DNA of 13,559 bases from Octopus sinensis (GCF_006345805.1 NW_021826039.1:1-13559); one strand, 5' to 3'. Numbered from the stretch's first letter, positions 1-8,587 are shown. The notes: a model not told the origin generated them from the sequence alone. Made by a program: numbers and translations.

Positions 1-158
1 TGCATACACTCAGTTGTCATTGTACCAATGGAATCTCTAGTGTCATCTGCATAATGAACTGATGGATCATATTTGAAAGCCGCTTCATAGAAATTGCTTC
101 TTTGAGCTGTTGCAACTGCTCTTCGTTACGCATTGGAGATCCTGTACCTTGTCAGCCG
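1..158 (-). pseudogene. Decayed Helitron Rep/helicase N-terminal coding fragment, running off the left edge
   Basis: Minus frame reads RLTRYRISNA*RRAVATAQRSNFYEAAFKYDPSVHYADDTRDSIGTMTTECM, with one in-frame TAA at 128-126. The AAFxYDP...Y...IGxMxxxC pattern matches my recollection of the region preceding the Cys cluster in invertebrate Helitron Rep proteins. Not database-verified. Confidence 0.6.
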
Positions 159-175
159 TGCATACCTCTATTCAT

Positions 176-520
176 CAGCCCCACTGCATGGCACCTTGGG
201 CAAGTATCTTCTGCTGCGGCCTCGGGCCGACCAAAGCATTGTGAGTGGATTTGATAGACAGGAACCCAATGAAGCCTGACGTGTATATATGTAAATATAT
301 ATGTGTGTGCATGTGTCTGCTTGACTCCAACCACCACTTGACAACCGGTGTTGGTGTGTTTACATTTCCGTAACTTAGCGGTTCAGCAAGAGAACCGATA
401 GAATAAGTACCAGGCTTCAATAAACAATAAATAAGTCCTGAAGCTGATTTCTTCGACTAAAACTATTCAAAGCTGTGCCCCAGCATGGCCGCAGTCAAAT
501 GACGAAAACTAGTAAAAGAT
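176..520 (+). mobile_element. tRNA-derived SINE family A, 5'-truncated
   Basis: Colinear with the reverse complement of 2435-2884: CORE-like GGCACCTTGGGCAAGT, central microsatellite, and tail ...CAGCATGGCCGCAGTCAAATGAC...GTAAAAGA. The A box is missing. Confidence 0.9.
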
Positions 521-620
521 AGGGGACAAAAAATAATGCTAATATTTTTAATGGACAAAGACAGATATTTTATTTGGTATGAAGATCTTTTAGGTAGTGT
601 AAATTGTATTAAAATGTTAA

Positions 621-1128
621 TCTATATATATAAAACTCTAGTTGTGTGAGTGTCTGTCCCCTTCGATTTAGAATCCTAACTCCTCCCACATTTTGCGGTG
701 CAGTTTTAACCAAATTCGGGTATCTTATGAGTAGTCGTGATTCATATCGAGCCCGTCTGGCTATTAGCGCGTGTCTACGATGAGTCTACGATTTTTAAAA
801 TAATTTTTAACATCATTTTTTATTCCATTTTAATGCTAATCAATGGCGGGGCGGAGTTGGCGTCCATGTTCACACCTGACCTGTTGCTTCTCCGCCCTTC
901 TTCCCTCCCTCGTGAAGCTGTGGGGAAGGGAGTGTAAAGGAAATCAACGTCGTAATGCGTTGTCAAGAGACCCGCGTTCTTTTAGAACAACGACTTCATG
1001 GCTTGAATACACAAAACAAACAATGGCTAAGAAAGCCCGAATTGGCATCTATAAGGGAAGTAACTCTCTAAAATGCTTATATAGTTATTTCCCTTACAAA
1101 CCCGAGCAACGCCGGGCGATACTACTAG
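621..1128 (+). mobile_element. Non-autonomous Helitron (508 bp)
   Basis: A620^TC start (TCTATATATATAAAA). GC hairpin CCCGAGCAACGCCGGG at 1101-1116, 8-nt spacer, CTAG at 1125-1128, then T1129. A/T insertion site with no TSD. Confidence 0.85.
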
Positions 1129-1152
1129 TTAAGTATAAACATAAAACTCTGT

Positions 1153-1384
1153 GTGGAGGCGCGTGGCTTAGTGGTTAGGGTGTCAGCATCATGATCGTAA
1201 GATTGTGGTTTCGATTCCTGGACCAGGTGAAGAGTTGTGTTCTTGAGCAAAACACTTCATTTCACGTTGCTCCAGTCCACTCAGCTGGCAAAATTGCGTA
1301 ATGCTTTGGAATACATACGCCATAGAAACCGGGAAACCGGGCCCATGAGCCTGGCTAGGCTTTAAAAAAAGGGTGCATTTATTT
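1153..1384 (+). mobile_element. tRNA-derived SINE family B (head B1), internally deleted
   Basis: A box TGGCTTAGTGG 1164-1174, B box GGTTTCGATTCC 1207-1218, CORE-like TGTGTTCTTGAGCAAAACACTT, tail CATACGCCATAGAAACCGGG...GGGTGCATTTATTT. Confidence 0.85.
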
Positions 1385-1717
1385 GTGGAGGCGCAATGGC
1401 CCAGTGGTTAAGGCCATACGCCGTACAATCCGGGAAACCGGGCCCATGAGCCTGGCTAGGCTTTAAAAAAAGGGTGCATTTATTTGTGGAGGCGCAATGG
1501 CCCAGTGGTTAAGGCCATAAACTATAGAAACCGGGAAACCGGGCCCATGAGCCTGGCTAGGCTTTAAAAAAAGGGTGCATTTATTTGTGGAGGCGCAATG
1601 AACCAGTGGTTAAGGCCATACGCCGTAGAAACCGGGAAACTGGGCCCATGAGCCTGGCTAGGCTTTAAAAAAAGGGTGCATTTATTTGTGGAGGCGCAAT
1701 GGCCTAGTGGTTAGGGT
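1314..1717 (+). repeat. Tandem array, 4 x 101 bp, of SINE tail (71 bp) plus SINE A-box head (30 bp)
   Basis: Units start at 1314, 1415, 1516 and 1617; heads GTGGAGGCGCAATG start at 1385, 1486, 1587 and 1688. The period is exactly 101. Confidence 0.95.
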
Positions 1718-1937
1718 AGCGGACTCGCGGTCGGAAGATCGCGGTTTCGATTCCCAGACCGGGCGTTGTGTGTGTGTTTATTGCGCGAAAACACCTAAAA
1801 GCTCCACGAGGCTCCAGCAGGGGGTGGTGGCTACCCCTTTGTACTCTTTCACCACAAATTTCTCTCACTTTCTCTTCCTGTTTCTTGAGTAACGCTGCGA
1901 TGGACTGGCGTCCCGTCCAGCTGGGAGGAACAGATAC
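1688..1937 (+). mobile_element. tRNA-derived SINE family B (head B2), 5' part, interrupted at ~1938
   Basis: A box TGGCCTAGTGG 1700-1710, B box GGTTTCGATTCC 1743-1754, central CTGCGATGGACTGGCGTCCCGTCCAG 1895-1920. The tail resumes at ~2301. Confidence 0.85.
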
Positions 1938-2300
1938 TACTTATTTTTACTTGTGGCGACATTCACCCTGGGCGGGTTGAGTCGGCTTCTTCCACCACCC
2001 TCGAGGCATCTCGAACCATGGCAGTAGAAGAAGTTTCGTAGGAATATAAATTTCACAAGCTGTCCCCAACAATCCCACATGTGGAGACATCCTGTTTGCC
2101 GCAGATTGTCCGCAGACGCAGGGACAGAACGACCGAGGAGTCGCCGGTTGCCGAAACAGACACTCCGAGGATTTTCACCAGAGCCCCGTCTGCCGGGTTG
2201 TGACCCTAATACCACTCGGTGTCAGACCAATCCGTCTTGGGTGGCCCCTCCTTACCGTGGTGGGGACGCTGGCAACGGATAGTGTCAGAGCTATGCCGTC
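1938..2300 (+). mobile_element. GC-rich insert, possibly the 5' region of an RTE-clade LINE
   Basis: Separates the SINE B2 body from its tail. The 3' part CCTTACCGTGGTGG...GAGCTATGCCGTCGGGGG resembles recalled RTE (Expander/BovB-type) 5' UTRs. No recognisable ORF. Confidence 0.35.
2062..2300 (+). ncRNA. Candidate HDV-like ribozyme fold (imperfect)
   Basis: P1 2062-2068/2261-2267 (7 bp), P2 2240-2245/2295-2300, P3 2246-2248/2258-2260 (one mismatch), P4 2269-2274/2283-2288, and putative catalytic C2291 four nt before the 3' strand of P2. Confidence 0.3.
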
Positions 2301-2370
2301 GGGGGAATACATACCCCACAGAAACCGGGGAACCAGGCCCATGAGCCTTGCTAGGCTTGAAAAAGGGGCG
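2301..2370 (+). mobile_element. SINE family B 3' tail
   Basis: GGAATACATACCCCACAGAAACCGGGGAACCAGGCCCATGAGCCTTGCTAGGCTT is homologous to the tails in 1311-1384 and the 101-bp array. Confidence 0.85.
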
Positions 2371-2434
2371 ACGTTTTTTCTATATAAAATTCTGTTCGTT
2401 TTGTTTTCTTAATTTGCCCGATTTCATTGATATA

Positions 2435-2884
2435 CTCTTTTACTTGTTTAGTCATTTGACTGCGGCCATGCTGGAGCAACCCCACCTTTTTTAGTCGAGC
2501 AAATCGACCCCGGGACTTATTCTTTGTAAGCTCAGAGTACTTATTCTATCGGTCTCTTTTGCCGAAAACCGTAGTGTCGCGGACATAAACACACAGCATC
2601 GGTTGTCAAGCATGCTAGGGGGACAAACACAGACACACAAACACATGCACACACACACACACACATTATATATATATATTATATATATATATATCTATAT
2701 ATAATATACTATACATATATACGCCAGGCTTCTTTCAGTTTCTGTCTACCAAATCCACTCACAAGGCATTGGTCGCCCAGGGGCTATAGCAGAAGACACT
2801 CGCCCAAGATGCCACGCAGTGGGACTGAACCCCGAACCACGTGGTTGGTTAGCAAGCTACTTACCACACAGCCACTCCTGCGCC
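2435..2884 (-). mobile_element. Full-length tRNA-derived SINE family A
   Basis: Minus strand begins GGCGCAGGAGTGGCTGTGTGG (A box), with B box GGTTCAGTCCC, CORE-like segment, internal (TA)/(TG) microsatellite and AAAAGAG tail. Possible 7-bp TSD TGATATA at 2428-2434 and 2885-2891. Confidence 0.92.
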
Positions 2885-3313
2885 TGATATAAATAGTTAT
2901 TTGTGGAACACCCTGAATTATGTTTATCCTGACGTTCCTGGGTTTGAGTTTTACGCTCAGACAACACTAGTTATGAAATAAATCGAAGATTTGCATACTA
3001 TGTAAACTTCCTTATCGAGAAGGTTGTATGCGATTTGCGATAGATTTGTCTGTTATTTCTTGCATAGAATTTGGTTGGCTCTCTTTCGTCGGAAAGTGAC
3101 GAGATTTTAATCCTAAACACCATAGCATTATAAAGTGAAGTATTTCTGTTTCGAAATGCAAATTAAAATAGAGAAAACACAAGAGGCAAAAGTGAAAAAT
3201 GAAAATGAAGTTATGTGATGCATAGACCTTAACATAAGGTCACGTGTGTGAATGAGAATGGCAAACCGCTGTTATATGATCTTTCGGAAAAAAGTGGGAA
3301 AGATCAGTATAGA

Positions 3314-3326
3314 GGTGGTGGCAATG

Positions 3327-3359
<33 letters not shown>

Positions 3360-3400
3360 TGGGTGGTAGTGGTGGTGGTGGTGGTGGCGAGGGTGGTGAG
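3314..3400. repeat. (GTA)n/(GGT)n trinucleotide microsatellite
   Basis: About 11 GTA units at 3327-3359, followed by a GGT run at 3362-3386. Confidence 0.95.
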
Positions 3401-3496
3401 GTAATGGCTGCGAAGTGTATTTCAACAAACCTCTAAAATTACACGGATTGATGTCAAATTACGACGAACTTTGACATGAGAATATAATACATGTAG

Positions 3497-4030
3497 ACGT
3501 GTGTGTGTGTGTGTGTATATGTGTGTAAGAGAGATTGTTTTATCTGTATGCATACGAGTGTATTTGTACGTATGTCTGTATGTCTCTCTTCTTCTCTCTC
3601 TATGTGTGTGTTTGTGTGGCTTGTTTATATACACACCATACATATACATAATCTATATATATATAATATATCTATATATATATATATAGATATATATATA
3701 TAGAATATATATATATACATATATATATATATAGTACATATAATATATGATATATATATATATATATATTATATAAAGTAATGTATGTACACCATGCATA
3801 ATTATATACATACACACCATGTATATAAGTGTATGAAGTGTGTTAGATATAAAAAAATATGAAATCTATATGCATTTCTATGCACGCATATTTGCACGCA
3901 CGTTTGTATGTACATATGCATATAGCATAGCGTATCTCGCACGAACGCATGTATTTATCTATATGACATATATATATGATATATATATATATATATTATA
4001 TATATTATATATAGTATATTATATGTACGC
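3497..4030. repeat. Compound (TG)n/(TA)n low-complexity tract
   Basis: Direct inspection. Confidence 0.9.
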
Positions 4031-4300
4031 ATGAATGATGTATGTGCGTATGAAGAACCGTACAATAGCAACACAGCGTGCGTCAGATTAAATTTGTGAA
4101 CGGAACCAGTATGATAATGATTCATAAGGACGTGGTTCACATTCCGATAGCAGTGCACTAGTTTGTATCACACGTGGAAATTCAGTGCTTAAGGACGTAA
4201 ATTAAACCCACTGCTGACACCATTACAAGTATGACAAAAGAATTTTTTCAAAACTACACCGAAGCAAAAAAATTACGTTCATCAATCATGCTAATCGATT

Positions 4301-4475
4301 ACTCTTTTACTCTTATACTTGTTTCAGTCATTTGACTGTGGCCATGTTGGAGCACCGCCATTAGTCGACCCCAGGACTTATTCTTTGTAAGCCAAGTACT
4401 TATTCTATCGGTCTCCTTTTGCCGAACCGCTACGATACGAGGGACGTAAACACAGCAGCATCGGTTGTCAAGCAT
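4301..4475 (-). mobile_element. SINE family A, 3' part of a multiply interrupted copy
   Basis: Colinear with 2435-2612 up to GGTTGTCAAGCA; continues at 4880-4913 and 5067-5160. Confidence 0.9.
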
Positions 4476-4490
4476 CGGTTATATGCATGT

Positions 4491-4719
4491 AAGGCGGCGA
4501 GCTGGCAGAAACGTTAGCACGCCGGGCGAAATACGTAGCCGTATTTCGTCTGCCGTTAGGTTCTGGGTTCAAATTCCGCCAAGGCCGACTTGGCCTTTCA
4601 TCCTTTCGGGGTCGATAAATTAAGTACCAGTTACGCACTGGGGTCGATGTAATCGACTTAAACCGTTTGTCCTTGTTTGTCCTCTCTGTGTTTAGCCCCT
4701 TATGGGTAATAAAGAAATA
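4491..4719 (+). mobile_element. Full-length tRNA-derived SINE family C with TSD
   Basis: Head AAGGCGGCGAGCTGGCAGAA, B box GGGTTCAAATTCC 4565-4577, tail ...TAATAAAGAAATA. 14-bp direct repeat GGTTATATGCATGT at 4477-4490 and 4720-4733. Confidence 0.92.
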
Positions 4720-4760
4720 GGTTATATGCATGTATATTTGTACGCACGTTTGTACGTATA

Positions 4761-4881
4761 CCGTAAATCCTCGGGTATAATCCGCATCCTCCCCCCAAAA
4801 GAAAAATTTAAGTTAAAAATTCCTAGTGCGTACTATACACGAGGTTTAAAATGAAAAATATTTTCTAACCAATGTCCAAGT
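4761..4881 (+). mobile_element. Tc2-like (Tc1/mariner superfamily) transposon left end, truncated
   Basis: TA(4759-4760)|CCGTAAATCCTCGGGTATAATCCGCA, a CCGTA-type TIR, with a subterminal inverted echo TGCGTACTATACACGAGG. Second copy at 7477. Confidence 0.6.
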
Positions 4882-4913
4882 TGGGGGGACAAACACAGAT
4901 ACACAAACATATA

Positions 4914-5066
4914 ATTTCTTTACTACCCACAAGGGGCTAAACACAGAAGGGACACACAAGGACAGACAGACGGATTAAGTCGATTATTCGACCACAGTGC
5001 GTAACTAGTACTTAATTTATCGATCCCGAAAGGATGAAAGGCAAGGTCGAACTCGGTGGAATTTGA
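4914..5066 (-). mobile_element. SINE family C, 5'-truncated, with TSD
   Basis: Reverse complement of ~4568-4719. 13-bp direct repeat ACACAAACATATA at 4901-4913 and 5071-5083. Confidence 0.9.
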
Positions 5067-5311
5067 GGACACACAAACATATACACACACACCATACATA
5101 CATACATATATATATTATATAAATATATATATATATATATAATATATATATATATATAATAATTGAGTAGTTGAATGAATTATCTTATTATGGATAATTC
5201 GGTTAACCGATACCTGGGTAGCAAATTCACGTCAGAAAAACACGGTTGAAGCTACATGCCTAGGGCAGAGATCACGTGCTATCGTGTGGAAATTTGTGTG
5301 TTTTTTTAGAT

Positions 5312-5575
5312 ACAAATAAATGAAAGAATGGGGTTGAACGACGAACTAACAAAATTCCTTTATTTTATTTTCGACATATGTTTCGAAGGCTGCATATTCC
5401 TAATTTCGAAGGAATAAGGGGTGCATTATGCCGCCTTCTCATCAGGAAAAGCAAGGAACTTATTTCAGCATATGGGCAGTCATCTAAAAGTTTTTGTGCA
5501 TCTTGATGCTGACATAAGTTCCTTGCTTTTCCTGATGTTAATTCGTCGTTCAACTCCATTCTTTCATTTATTTGT
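5312..5575. mobile_element. Inverted pair of Penelope-like pseudo-LTR remnants
   Basis: 5312-5351 plus 5442-5470 is the reverse complement of 5507-5575 (69 bp, 3 mismatches). The left arm carries an extra 90 bp containing most of a hammerhead and AATAAA. Confidence 0.65.
5368..5450 (-). ncRNA. Type I hammerhead ribozyme, complete core (H1)
   Basis: Minus strand: UUUUC CUGAUGA GAAGGC-[42 nt]-GCCUUC GAAA C AUAU G UC / GAAAA. Stem I 5 bp, stem II 6 bp, palindromic stem III ACAUAUGU, GUC triplet at 5375-5373. Confidence 0.88.
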
Positions 5576-5600
5576 GTATATATATATATATATACATATA

Positions 5601-5761
5601 CACGACGGGCTTCTTTCAGTTTCCGTCTGCCAAATCCACTCATTAGGCTTTGGTCTGCACGAGGCTATAGTAGAAGACACTTGCCCAGGTGCCACGCAGT
5701 GGAACTGAACCCGGAACTATGTGGTTGGTAAGCAAGCTACTTACCACACAGCCACTCCTGT
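5601..5761 (-). mobile_element. SINE family A head (copy 1)
   Basis: A box TGGCTGTGTGG, B box GTTCAGTTCC, CORE-like segment; ends at the (TA) tract. Confidence 0.92.
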
Positions 5762-5830
5762 GACATATATAATATATATATATATTATATAGATATATAT
5801 AATATACATATACATATATATATACATATA

Positions 5831-5994
5831 CACGACGGGCTTCTTTCAGTTTCCGTCTGCCAAATCCACTCACAAGGCTTTGGTCGGCCCGAGGCTATAG
5901 TAGAAGACACTACCCAAGGTGCCACGCAGTGGAACTGAACACGGAACCATGTGGTTGGTAAGCTAGCTACTTACCACACAGCCACTCCTGCGCC
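5831..5994 (-). mobile_element. SINE family A head (copy 2, tandem duplicate)
   Basis: Near-identical to 5601-5761 at an offset of 230. Confidence 0.92.
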
Positions 5995-6164
5995 AAATTT
6001 AAAGTTTTCAATATGTAGTGTAAGTAGTACTCGCTATTGTTCTTTCAACAGATGTATAGAGTCGGCGAATCCTGATGATGGCCTTAACTATGGAGTTTAA
6101 TTTTACATTTAAAATATGTTTATAATATATGGTTGTAAATAGCTATATGCATATGGGTGTATGT

Positions 6165-6322
<158 letters not shown>

Positions 6323-6492
6323 ATTAAAGCAACTTGCTGCTTAGACCCTAATTATTATATATATTAAAAAAATTGTAAAAGTTCCTACAGATTATGGTTT
6401 TCTTTCCATACCGAAGCTACTTGGTAATAGCTATTAATTTTAAAATTAATAATTATTTACCCTTATATTAGTATATATATATATATATATAT

Positions 6493-6653
6493 AACCGAAG
6501 TGTTGGTGCTGTGGCTTTCCACTTCGGCATCCGAAACTTGCAGTTTTATCTTGGCTATTGAATAATTGTCACATATTATTTTACAGATAAATTTCCTCTA
6601 TTTACATAATATTGAGGTCTTTTCTTTCTTTGTTATCTTACCGTTTTTACCAA
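6493..6653 (+). mobile_element. (TA)n-bounded module with a truncated hammerhead-like 3' half
   Basis: Hairpin CCGAAGTG 6495-6502/CACTTCGG 6520-6527, then GAAAC TTGCA GTT at 6533-6545. No CUGANGA; (TA)n on both sides. Confidence 0.35.
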
Positions 6654-6686
6654 TATATATACATATACATATACATACATGCATAC

Positions 6687-6725
<39 letters not shown>

Positions 6726-6755
6726 GATATATAATATATATATATATATATATAT

Positions 6756-6983
6756 GAGACATACCTATCTGCATGGCCGAAACAGCTGTCAGTTATAATG
6801 TATATGTATTTTTATATCTTGTTATTTTATTTAGTTATATCTCATTATATTGATTGTAATATTGTACTGTATTAATGTCTAATCTTAATGCTCTTGTGTA
6901 GTGTTTTAATAAAGTATATATTCGGTATTATCTGATAGTTGATGAATGATTTAGATATATTTCTCCATTTTCTTATTTTGTAT
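6756..6983 (+). mobile_element. (TA)n-bounded module with a hammerhead 3' half
   Basis: GGCC GAAA C AGCT GTC at 6775-6790 (palindromic ACAGCTGT plus C), AATAAA at 6908-6913, (TA)n tracts on both sides. Confidence 0.5.
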
Positions 6984-7059
6984 TATATATATATATATAT
7001 ATATATAGTTATGTTTGTATACATATACATAATATATACATGCACAACCATGTATGAAA

Positions 7060-7345
7060 TTACTAGGAGGAGTGGATTCCCAAGCCCTCCGTTCCCGCCC
7101 CCTTTAGTCGCCTCTTATGTCACGCGGGGAATAGGGCGACGGCATTCTACCGGTTCTCCACCCCAAGTCGCAGTGGGATTTGCTAGTTAAACCATAGCTG
7201 GGACCCTTACAAGTGCTACCAATCCGGGCCAGAGTAGACCTGGGAACAATGGTGGCTAAGAGGTGATTCCACACTCCACAAACCCTGAAACCAGGGCCCC
7301 GGGGTACCCTACCGGATATAGTTAATAGTCGTACCCAGGACATGT
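7060..7345 (+). mobile_element. Unclassified GC-rich interspersed repeat(s), RTE-tail-like motif
   Basis: TTAGTCGCCTCTTA at 7104-7117 with hairpin 7107-7113/7134-7140 resembles recalled RTE 3' ends. 7200-7345 resembles a recalled invertebrate repeat. Not verified. Confidence 0.3.
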
Positions 7346-7476
7346 CTGGTGTGTATCTTGTTGTGGCTACCACCTCCTACAAAAAGGGGAATAGGCCTGG
7401 GCATTTAAAAAGGAAAAATGAATGTATTGATAAGCATTTATACGCATGTATATTTGTACGCACGTTTGTACGTATA

Positions 7477-7597
7477 CCGTAAATCCTCGAGTATAATCCG
7501 CATCCTCCCCCCAAAAGAAAAATGTAAGTTAAAAATCCCTAGTGCGTACTATACACGAGGTTTAAAATGAAAATTATTTTCTAAGCAATGTCCGAGT
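7477..7597 (+). mobile_element. Tc2-like transposon left end; right boundary not found
   Basis: TA(7475-7476)|CCGTAAATCCTCGAGTATAATCCGCA. Homologous to 4761-4881; no matching right TIR seen in the window. Confidence 0.6.
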
Positions 7598-8507
7598 CTC
7601 TATTTGCTGTCCGGCAATGTTTATTCAGACGCATTTTGTGATGTCGGGCGCGATAATACCTTAAGCTAAGCCTGAAAGCAATGAAGTCATAAAAGAATCA
7701 TCCATAACTTGCAGTAAGCAACATTTATTAAACGCTATTACTGTTATTTCTTTATTTTCTGCAAACAAAATGCACAAAAATAGCTACACGTTTGCATTAT
7801 GTTATATATACAATAATAATATTTAAACGGCTCTTACAGTCGGCTTTTCGATACCCCCATTGGCGGCGTTACACTTATCTGGCCTTTAAATAGCGTTTAT
7901 AAATAATACCGGCACCCATAGCCCTTGGTAACAAATTCTGAAATAGCCTTTAAGATATCTACGATTAACCACTGCAAGGGAAATTACTCCTGTAAGACAA
8001 ACGGCGCTTGGTTTTTTCACAGCGGGGGGTTTCCTTGACAAGGCAGGCTTAGATGAACACACACACACACACATAAAACATAATATATATATATAAATTT
8101 TTTTATTTTTTTCTTTCTGCCACCCAACGGTTATCACGGCAGTAGCCACTGACAGCCGAACGATCAAACGCACACACGTACACAAAAAATGTTTTTACCC
8201 CTACGCCAACCACACATATATAGAACAGTATACACACACACACGTCTCTAAGTAGATTTTTTCTCGCCCCTTATAAAACATCAATATTCTTTAAATAGTC
8301 AGAACTTTATTCTCGGTCACAAAGAACATCTATACACCCTCACCCACATGATTGACCGATGCCTGACCCGTTGAATGAATTCTTCAGCCACCGGTTCTCA
8401 ACATACACTGATAAACAGTTTCGCCATGGGCTCTTAGGAGCACAGTTCGATTTGTTTTTTGCTCCGCCTCTGTTCTGTTTTTGTTTTTTTCCAACGGATT
8501 TCCTTTT

Positions 8508-8587
8508 TTCTTCTGAAGAGAAAGACACATATGGTCCCATTTTCAATCGGATTTTGGTAATTTGTGCCTTTCGAAACACGTTTAGAA
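8508..8587 (+). ncRNA. Type I hammerhead ribozyme, slightly decayed (H3)
   Basis: CUGAAGA 8513-8519; stem II GAAAG-A-CACA 8520-8529/UGUG-C-CUUUC 8563-8572 (9 of 10 pairs); GAAA 8573-8576; C AC GUU 8577-8582; stem I UUCU 8508-8511/AGAA 8584-8587 with a U-U next to the core; AATAAA 8591-8596. Confidence 0.7.

Noticed and set aside
172-178. CUGAUGA on the minus strand (and CUGAAGA at 8387-8381)
   Set aside because: No stem II-GAAA-stem III follows, so these are not hammerheads.
1153-1225. tRNA genes at the SINE heads (also 1688, 2884, 4491, 5761, 5994)
   Set aside because: A and B boxes are present, but they run into SINE bodies and I could not build a full cloverleaf.
1314-1717. CRISPR-like repeat/spacer array
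   Set aside because: The variable windows are point variants of one sequence, the units are SINE-derived, and the context is eukaryotic with no cas genes.
3225-3246. 7-bp inverted repeat GACCTTA/TAAGGTC with an AGGTCA half-site and overlapping CACGTG
   Set aside because: Short motifs expected by chance in 13.5 kb; no promoter context.
5312-5575. MITE with long TIRs
   Set aside because: The arms differ by a hammerhead-containing 90-nt block with AATAAA and there is no clear TSD; inverted pLTR remnants fit better.
6381-6432. Further hammerhead relic (CAGATTA-TGG...CCATA-CC-GAAGC...GTA) in the TA-bounded 6325-6470 block
   Set aside because: Needs at least three core changes; too degenerate to call without a family consensus.
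7886-8065. Minus-strand exon (KPALSRKPPAVKKP..., acceptor-like TTGTCTTACAG)
   Set aside because: No recognisable protein family, no convincing donor/acceptor pair, and the ORF start lies in low-complexity sequence.
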